Positions 54,719 through 64,000 of a stretch of DNA of 64,000 bases are shown here, piece by piece; positions within the stretch are counted from its first letter, which is position 1; the number at the start of each line of letters is the position of its first letter. The notes under the pieces were generated by a model. That model saw only the letters and a list, made by a program, of their open reading frames with translations. It did no database searches and was not told where the DNA came from. Source of the DNA: Balanoglossus misakiensis. Lineage: Eukaryota > Animalia > Hemichordata. A program made the position numbers and the translations under genes. The stretch spans positions 9,614,296 to 9,678,295 of the forward strand of contig CM082594.2 of NCBI GenBank assembly GCA_040954595.2, given 5' to 3'.

Positions 54719-56699
54719 TCTAAACTCCAGGGAAGCTGGAGCAATTTGAGGTCTGGAGAACAGTTTTTCATTTTCCTGCCCCAGATTACTGCAGGGATTT
54801 TGAACTGCACTCCATAGGAAAATCATCGGAATCGTGCATTTGCAGAATTGAGTATCTGAAGCATAAAATAAATTGGATGAGAGATGTTGCTGTGATTAAT
54901 GGAATTCGCTGACTCCGTAAATTAACCCATCCATCATTCCAGGCCAGGTTTTGAATGCGCCAGTAGGAATATATCGATGTGAAGTTCTCCAAGGTGTTTC
55001 GAGATCGGAATTTAATAAAAACAAGTATCTGCTTCTTTTGTAGTACCACTGTGGTGAGACACTTTGGTGTTTTTTTTGTAGTTTGGCTATTCATGGCCTT
55101 GTCAGATATAGAAAAGGTAACTGTATTCAGATATATAGGCTGGGCATATGGCCAAGTTTAATAGGGATTAACTTTTGTGAAGATAATGGTTTTATTGGAA
55201 GTGACCATGCAGAGTTAAACATGGTTTTGACATTCTCAGTAGGTATTCATGCGCAGAAAATGGTTGGAACGTCAAATTATTGGCCACTGTCTGGACTGTA
55301 GTTGATTAAATAACTTTACTTGTGCAATATGAGAACTAGTTCAAGGGGTTTACTTTTGAACTTGTTCTTCATATATACACTGAGACCTTAAAGGGCAGGG
55401 ATCATGCGAAACCAGAGACTCTGGTTACAAAAGTTGTATACAGTCAGTGCTATAAGGTAGTGTGCTGTCGTAACAACAGACAAGATGGCGGCGACTACAG
55501 TCAAACTTGTTCACTGTCTTGTTTTCAAAATATCACTACATTAACTTTTCTCTTTAGGCAAATGCGCAGATTGACTTCCCACACACTTTAATATAGCAAA
55601 GAATTAAAAGGTTTGGAGACAAATCATTTTCCTGAAAATACATCTGTATGTCCCCAAGTCTTGTACTACCTGAATATCAAAGTTGACGGCATCAGTGATT
55701 TGATGGCATGGAGATTTTGTAAGATGTAGTCCTAAAGTTCAACCTTGATGTATGTCTGTTCCTCACAATCTACACAAGTTGGCATTGAGCCATTGTGTGT
55801 AGACGCACTATAACCCCTGTGTACACCCAGTTTATCATTTTCATTGTATTTTTTTTTTACCCCGATCATTTCACCAATTCAGAAATTAACAAGACGTGTT
55901 CTTCTCCCTAGCAACAGCTTTATTTAGGTTTTCACGAGACAAACTCGTAAATAATATTCATTGTTCCAAACTCACAAAAGCACATATATACGATAAGTAG
56001 GCTGGATCAGGAGAAAAGCAAATATCAAAAGTCTTGAATAATATGGTTCATGTGAGGACACGATGGGTGTTATATTCGACCCTGAGTAAATCCAGGCATT
56101 TTTTGTTTGGGTGCCATTTGTCATCCAATTGTTGGCATTCAAGTTAAGGAGCCTGGTCCTCCAAGTAATGAGGGGTTGCTAGGTGAGCCGTGTTTCCGCC
56201 ATTGTTGGGATCATTTTGTAATGATGTGCATAGATGTTGAGCGTCAGTTGTGAAAATGTTCAGACAGGTCTCTCTTTTGTTACTTGTTTTGCATACAACT
56301 GGAACTATTTTGTGTGAGAATTGAAGAACCAGACATACTGAAGTCCACATTAAACAAAAATATTTTGAAATTCTTTTCTTGAGCATTTTGCCTGAACAGT
56401 CAGATTCTTGGCCATAAATAAAATTTTCTGAAAAGTGACTCATAAGTCTAAATGGCAAAGTGTGTGCCAAAAGATGAGATGTTTTTATTCCAGCTTCGAT
56501 ACTTGACTTTCATTTTCCCCGTGACATATACTAACAAATCGTACCATAAGTAAATAAAGTTTATTGCAACGATCAACCCTGCCTTGTCTGAGAAACTATG
56601 GTTACTTTGGTTTTGGTCCGATCACTAGCTTATTTGATTGTGTGTAGAAAGATATCAAGAGGTATCACTACTGTTATCATATATGTGTACTATTGTTGT

Positions 56700-56740
56700 C
56701 CTAACTGTTCTGTTTTTTGTTTGCTTTTTTACAGGTGAGT
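56700..56740 (+). other. Candidate recursive splice site (juxtaposed 3' and 5' splice sites, zero-nucleotide exon)
   Basis: CCTAAC branch point 56700-56705; U-rich tract 56706-56730; CAG 56732-56734 immediately followed by GTGAGT 56735-56740. Confidence 0.55.
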
Positions 56741-59700
56741 GGTGAACCTATGTAATCCTCAAGTGCTTGTCCACAGTTATCTTTGAGTAAAGGCCAGACA
56801 GTGGTCAGCAATCCAAACAGTTTGCCGCCAACATTGGAATGCGTTGTGTCGGGCGACCGTGTTTACCCCTTAAAACCATCGCTTTGGTACTTTGCCCGGG
56901 AATTAGCAGCCGTTGCTACGATAACTTTGAAATTATTGCAAAGTGTAATAGATTCTGGGAGATCAGCTGATCCCCCATAACAGGAAAAGGTCTTTCCTTT
57001 ACTGGCAGATTGTGTATCAAAGTAGCTAGCTTCTGTACTCCGTTGTTTTTTCAACAAAATGTGCGAGTAGGTTCACAGACTGTCTCCATAGTGACAGATT
57101 TCACTTGTTGAGTTTCAAGTTGGTATCATAGCTACTCTGGGTGTGACTGTGGATATTTTCCACAAGAATCAACATGACCAAAGTTGATGTGTTCTCTTAC
57201 TCTGAGTGCTGTCAACTGGAATTTATTTATGTGGAGAGTGAAGGTAAGTAGTAAGTTGCAGGGAGAGTCCAGGCCATTGAAAATGCAGGTTGTGTGTGTG
57301 CACCCGAGGGCATGGCAATTCTTGGCGAACGAAACCACATGGAGAGCTTCTCTTGCCTGCTGTTTAAAGAGAGAAAACATTTACACACACACACTGCAGT
57401 GCCTGCTGCGCTGAATATTCTCTGCGTGTGAAGAACCTTGGTAAAAAAAATCCCAACCTCCAGCCACAGAATTAGGCAGTATGCAAGAAGCATAATACAA
57501 GAGATGTAATAAATTAATCTTTTCATGGAACAAAAAAGATTCTGTTTGGGTTTATGTTTTTAAAGAGATTTTTATCCCAGAATATTCTTTTATCTTTAGC
57601 GCCATGAGGCATCCAGGGCCATCGTATGAGATGTGACCGAAGGCACCGACTAATCAGAATATTTCATATCCCTGTAAATATTTGAGGACGTGCTTTATAC
57701 ACGGAGGACTTTCCGTAATCCAGGAGTGATTTCCCTGCAGTTCAGACGGATTACTTCGGTTTGTTAGCGTTGTCGAAGTACAGGTCAGAGTGTTAGCTTT
57801 GTCAAAGTACAGGTCACTGTGTACACAAGAAAAACCAGAATTCCTTGTAGATTTCAGGCATTGAAGACAAGATGCATGAATTGTCAAAGGATGATGTAAA
57901 CCAAATGTGTGTAGTTCAGAGTTGAAGTTGTGTTTGAATTGATGGCAGATTGCTTGGCCTTTCTGTGACATTGCTGTGCATCCTGGGAAATTGTATTCAT
58001 TGTGAACTAGTGTTTTGAATTCTTTTGGATTTTATGAAGCTGATTCAAGTCTAGCGCTGTCTGTAATTTTACAATAACATACTTTGTGACTTTTGACATT
58101 AGAATAATCTTCAAACTTATCGTGCCAATCAAGAAGAGTGGAGTGTTCAGTAATATCGTAACCTCGTGCAAATGGTTGACGTGATATCCAAACATGACAT
58201 AATACTGTCACTCTTCATGTTGACAGTTTTTCCAACGGCCTTCCTCGCTAATTTACGGGTAAAATCAACAAGTTAATTTGAGTTTCTGGAGAGACCTTGT
58301 GATGTCTGGAAATACATGTACCAGTGTTCTGGTCATTACAGCTAGACATGGTGGTTTTACGTGGTCCGTAATTGGACTGTTATGATTGCATGGATGTGGG
58401 TTAATTTCACAGGTGAATGATTTGTTTCAGTTGGCAAGGCATCACCTTATGAGGGCAGTATTTCAATAAAGAAAAAAAAAAGAAATCCTAACGGCACACA
58501 TTTAGTTTCTTGTTATAATTTGTTTTGTTTTGTTTTACAGAGTGACTTAATTTCGAACTGATTCAGCTGTAATCATTTGTTTTAACATTACCATATTGTC
58601 ACTTGTTTAAGAAAGAAGTGTGTAGCCTCATATGATAAGAAATAGGCAAGACACCGTTGTAAACATTTCACTCTAATGGTATATACTGTCAGTTGCACTG
58701 AATTCCTATTCATTAAAGACTATTCCAGCACATTTTATAGGAAATTTCCACGGCAGTTCACCCCTGAGTCAGTCGGACAACTTTCTGAGCTGCTTTTTTC
58801 ACCTCAGAGATTTTAAACAGGAATTAGAAAATGGCCGTGTTGAAATTGCGCACGTTCACTGTGTTGGTGACAACTTACAAGTCAGCCCAGAAATGGTGTA
58901 AATGGAATTCATCTATCATCCCGCGGCCATTTCGGTGTGCATACACATCAGCTGTATGGCTTGATGACGTACGACTGAATAATATCAGCGAAAATTAATG
59001 TGTCGTAAATTTCCCCAGCCTTAGCTGTAGGCAAGCTTTTTACTTCAGGTGTGATGGATAGCATGTGTCTCTCTCTTAAGTGTTCAATATCTTTTCTCTG
59101 AACTTTATTTCATCCAATATTTTGATGAATATTTAATCTGCAAATGATGACATTCATCATTAAATATTGACAGAGAAGGTAATATGTTTCCTGAGTTTTA
59201 CTGGATTCTGTTCAGAACTGTGATATTGCGCACGGAAAAAGTCTGTGATGTTGTTTTTCATCACTTCAACAGATGCATTCAGTTCATTTAATGGACCACG
59301 AACTCAACGATGTCTCTTAATTTATTTATTTGTCACCTTTTGAAATAAGGTCAATTGTAAAACAGTTATCCTTGTCTATTAGTTCTGAGTAATTGTTGAG
59401 CGGTTAACAACGTCTGAGAAATTGTCTGTCGGTAATGACGTTCTGTGAGCTAGTTTATTTGCTGAGTAGAATACATATGCTTGCCCATGAACTTCTTACG
59501 AATTCATCCCCTGTCAAAAGTGTCTTTCACCTATATGGAATTATAATTCACCATTTAATAAACAAATGATGTGTCTCTGTGGAAATGGAAAAGAGCGATT
59601 AAATTACATTGTACTGTTCCAAGAAATCAACTTGTTTGGTTCGCACCCATGATAAGATGAAATACCACAGAGACTTTGTCAAGTCTGGTCATCGATTTTA

Positions 59701-62700
59701 TGAGAAGGATAGTGTTAAATATTTTATTAGGTTTGCTCTGGTTTGGTACTTGATCTAGGGCCTGAGGGAGACAGTGACGGGCTTCACGTTTCAACTTCAC
59801 ATTCCAATATTTCACCATCATGTGTTGTGAATATTTGATCAGTTACTCTGCTAACCTACGCACATTTTAATGGTGGGAGTTTCGAGCAGGTATCCTGAGA
59901 ATAGATATACGTGTTTAACATTTTTGACTTGGAAGTTGCAAATGAATTGTCAGTATCACTTTCAAATTAAACGGCGTCTCGCAGAGGCAAGCTGTGCATT
60001 TTACTCGCGCGATCATTGTTGATAGCTGTGAGATATCACATCACATTACCTCTCCCTTGACGTCAGTTAATGAACTAAAAGCTCTCGCAAAAGTCACTTC
60101 GGAAGTGCCACAAACCGTGTTATGGTGAAGAAACGCATTAGTGCTAAGTATTGGATTTGGTTTCCACCCCCAAGCCAGGTGTATTAACTTGGATCTCGGG
60201 TATTTTTTTCACCCATTACGACGTGGCAGTGCAGCCATTGGATCTTTAATGTCCGAGTGAAGTTTGTGTCAGCTGTATTATCTTGATGACACAGTGCGTG
60301 CGATGAATAAATCGATGCTTCTGTCTGATGTTTTTTGAAATGTCACTTGTTTGAGTAAAAGTTCTATTGTGTCCATAATTTATTTTGAACCGCAAATGAA
60401 ACACCCATCTTTTCTGCTGAATTTGATGGTATGTATCGCTAATTAAAGAGTGTTTATATTGTGTAAGCAGGGACTCTGTCAACAAGCTGAGTGAGATGGA
60501 AAGTGCCCCTGTTTGTGTGGTTTCCTAATTGACTGATGTTAGATGTATAAAGTGTATTTGCCATACTACACAGTAGTTCTGCTAAAACCACACACAACCT
60601 GTAATGTCTTCTTTCAGTTCCAATTCTCGCCACCTTAAATAGCAGCACAAACATTTACCATCACAAGCGCTTTGAGCAAGTAGAATCAAGTTCCAGATTT
60701 TTGATGACCGGGCCATTTCTTGTCCTAAATAACGATCGAAGCATTCAAGAGTTCCGTTGAAAAGACGTGAAATACAAAAGTGGACGAATCTGTCCCTCTG
60801 CGAGTTATGAATGATCACTTTGCATTTCAAAACCAGCTGAGTGAACTCTCGACGACGTGCTGTTGGTACATAATACAACGAACCAAGCACTGTGACGATT
60901 TATGATGCATAAGAGAGTACACAGCAAAGTAAATTTTATGCCTGATCAAGAGTTCGATAAGTGTTGAAGCGACATAGTTTCCACAGGGAGTTGTTATATC
61001 ACATAATTTATGGTTTATTTTCCGTGATGTCAGTAGATGCTCTACGAGTCATTTGTCTTCCAACTGGAAAAAGTCAATATTTCTTGGAAAGAAGGTTTCA
61101 GCGATATATTAAAATCTAATCGTGTTGAAAAATATCAGAATAAGAACGATCCTCTAAGCAATTACTTAAAAAATATGTTGTTTGCTGTTTACTGTCCGGA
61201 GAGAGAAGAAATATACACTTGTCAATCCCCTCATGGTTTTCTGCATTACACAATTTTTAATCGCTATTTCACGATAAATGGAACTGCAGGTCTCAGGGGA
61301 GGAAATTTTTGAGGAAAGTCGTTGGGTTGTTCAATTATAAATTAATTCTTCTACTCACTCCACAAAACATGGATCCTCCACAGCTTTTCTTGAATCTAAT
61401 TTCGTCCGTTATAAACTCGTTAAGTGCTCTTAAAATTCAGGGAGGGAATCTTAACAGGGACTAAATTAACAGATAATGATCGGTGAATCAATGAGCTGTG
61501 GAAGATTTGTGGGCCTGATATCCAAGGCTGTTAGGGAATGTAAATATGTGTCAAAGTTTGTGGGTATGGATGGAAGAGTTGTCTGCAGTGTTCATGAATT
61601 TTAAAGAATCCCCATATTTTGTATTATTGTTGACTCTATAAAATAAGAGGCATGTTGTAGTAAAGTGTGGATCTGCATTCATCCTGTTTGGTAAAGAAAT
61701 GAAAACACCAGTCCATTTTAATACAAAAAACATTGAGTAGTCTATCTACAGAATTATATAATAACCTCATTCACGAAGTAACCATCCTACAGCAAAATGA
61801 GAACTTACATTCTGTCATGAAATCGCCATTACACACTGATACGATTAACGTACATCATGCATCCAGGTAGTGTCTCTAAAAACATCAGGGATTCTGCAAC
61901 AGGTTGCAACAAGTTGTGATGGACTAAACAAGCTAAGCTTTTCTCATTAGTAACAATGTTTGTTTCAGTGTTATTTGACACTAAACAGTACTTCTTGAAT
62001 GAAACAGATGGAGTTGTATCACTTAAATAAGCATCTTGAGACGGCTGTGATGCAGGATGTAATTTGTATCAATAGAGGTGTCCATTAATTCTTGTGGTAA
62101 GGTTTCAACCGACTTTACATGTACAGAAGAATGGATTCAGAGAACATGAGGCAAGGTGGTGTGTGGTGTGTGTCTCTAGTTTAGACAATGTTGATTGGTC
62201 TTGATGGAGCCGTTTAGTTAATGAAGCTGAAGGAGACTGCCGTTAGCCGGAGAATACCGGCTCCTGTTTTTCCGGGAACGAGACAGGAAACCAGGAATGC
62301 CTGGAAGGGGGAAACATCTAAAACTGACAGAGGTTACAGAAAGTAGTGTACTGATGGATGCATAGCCCCGAGGATGGAAAAGGGGGTTGTTGTGTGTGGG
62401 TTGTAAATCTCAAATGAGACATGAAATGTCTGGCTCTGCAAATATGCATGTTATGGGTTTTTAAGGACAACTTGAAAAATTACTGTTGTGGATTTGGCTG
62501 GTTTTTTTTCCTCGAGCCTGAAAAATTGTTATTTGTAATCATCTTAATCTGATGTTGGTACAAAGCATCATTGTTGGATGGGATGGAGGAGATAATGCAG
62601 GTATGGAAAAGATTCATGGTGATATGTTGCCATGGTAATGGCTCATCAGCTATAAGATACCAACGATAAGGATTTAGTTGAGCTCCGTCGATGTTGCAAT

Positions 62701-64000
62701 GCTGATCTTGTACTTTTCTGCAATCCTCCCTTCCCCAGTGAAGTGTAACGCTCAATAGTTAAGTGGTTGCTGTCTTTAGTTGTCATGGTGACCAGTTACC
62801 GGCTGCAACATCTATAATTTCACTTTTCGTGAAATATACCCATTATACATGCACTTGCAAACACCTTTCTTAGAACCAAAGTGATGACTGATGATGTTTT
62901 GAGTCAGACATTACAAACTACACCTGTCCTATGATACTTCTGATTTTTGATCCCGATTTCAGAAGCCATATTTAAAATCATTGAGGAAAACAATGAGGAC
63001 AAATGAAAATAGACCCTGGATAAGACTGGCAACAACACTGCATGCAGATAATGAAATTAGGAATGCTGTTGGCATATTTCCGATCATGTATCTGCGGAAA
63101 ACCCTGTCAGCTGTGATTAATGCTGTTTCATATGGTTGAATCCAAATAATTTTCCTAGTCTCTGCCCAGATTGTCAACCAGCTAATACCCTGTGAGCTTT
63201 AAAGAGTACTAAACATGCTACACTGCGTTCGCTTCCAGAATATTTTCCGCCGAGACTAGTTTTATGTTCAAGTGAATGCAGTGAGCTGTGCATGAAGGGG
63301 AAAAATGGATATTTTTCAAATACATTGGAAAGGTGTCTTGCCATAAAGCCATATATGGTGACATCAGACGAGATTAGTCATACAAGAAAGATATTACATT
63401 GGCATTCGCCTGCAGCAAACGCGTACCTACAGTGTCAGAAATTTGCATGTAAATTGCAAGGTTTCACAAGTCTCTGAGAACATTGAATATTGGACAGAAA
63501 TATGAATTTAGAGAGTGTCAAAGTTCACAGAATGTAGCACTGACATGGTTCTGATGCTATTTGAAATTGATATTATGCCATTTCTTCAAAATTGACGAAG
63601 TTATGGGAAAGGAGAAAATTACATCAAAAGGTGAAACTTCTTCCTTTTAAAGTTGAAAACAACAGTTTTAGTCAGGAATTGAGTGATCCATTGCTTTCGG
63701 GTATTGAGTTGATTTGGCCGTGTCAGTTTGAATCGATTTGATGAGGAAGACATAATCCTTGCTAGAAATAAAAGTAGACTTCTGGATGTGTTTTGAAAAG
63801 TCAATCTTCCTCATGGATTAGGGTCAAACAATCTTCTAGAACTTTATTCATTCGATCAGGAAGTTGAACAGCACTTACTGGGACATCAAACGCAAGTTTC
63901 AGTAATGGTGTTTCATCTCCGAATATTGTCTAATGACTTTAAGCTGCCTGAGATTTAATGCAGTTTCTCTGTTGAAGTCAAAATTACATCTCGAGTGAGA

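Noticed and set aside
55388-55500. TTAAAGGG-start segment as a Kolobok-like transposon end
   Set aside because: No matching inverted terminus or transposase ORF found in the window.
40200-64000. Many 60-120 aa ORFs; Hox homeobox or miR-10 expected from the synteny
   Set aside because: ORFs have no recognisable domains or consistent splice boundaries and many start at non-ATG codons; no homeobox-like peptide or miR-10 mature sequence was seen.

Overview
Intron-rich animal genomic DNA, probably an invertebrate deuterostome. That lineage call is an inference from single-copy orthologues with vertebrate-like exon structures and patchy CpG; I cannot name the species. The first 39 kb is gene-dense. 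I spliced nine complete genes by hand, each giving an in-frame CDS: two tandem MyD88 paralogues (+), leishmanolysin-like peptidase/invadolysin (+), GTPBP4/NOG1 (-), HP1/CBX (+), SKAP1/2 (-), SMUG1 (+), IQCB1/NPHP5 (-) and COX14 (+). The last six form three consecutive head-to-head pairs. From about 40.1 kb there is one likely first coding exon of an unidentified gene, then about 24 kb with no recognisable coding exon. Most interesting signals: (1) a (CT)24(CA)17 microsatellite forms the 3' splice site of the skippable, frame-symmetric exon 2 in only one MyD88 copy; (2) both MyD88 promoters share a CRE-kappaB-GAAAAG-ETS module; (3) a strong candidate recursive splice site (branch point, pyrimidine tract, CAG|GTGAGT) lies in the long intron; (4) CBX-SKAP-SMUG1 form one intact block matching genes that flank different vertebrate HOX clusters. 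Gene names come from remembered family motifs, not database searches. No rRNA, tRNA, CRISPR array or autonomous transposon was recognised.
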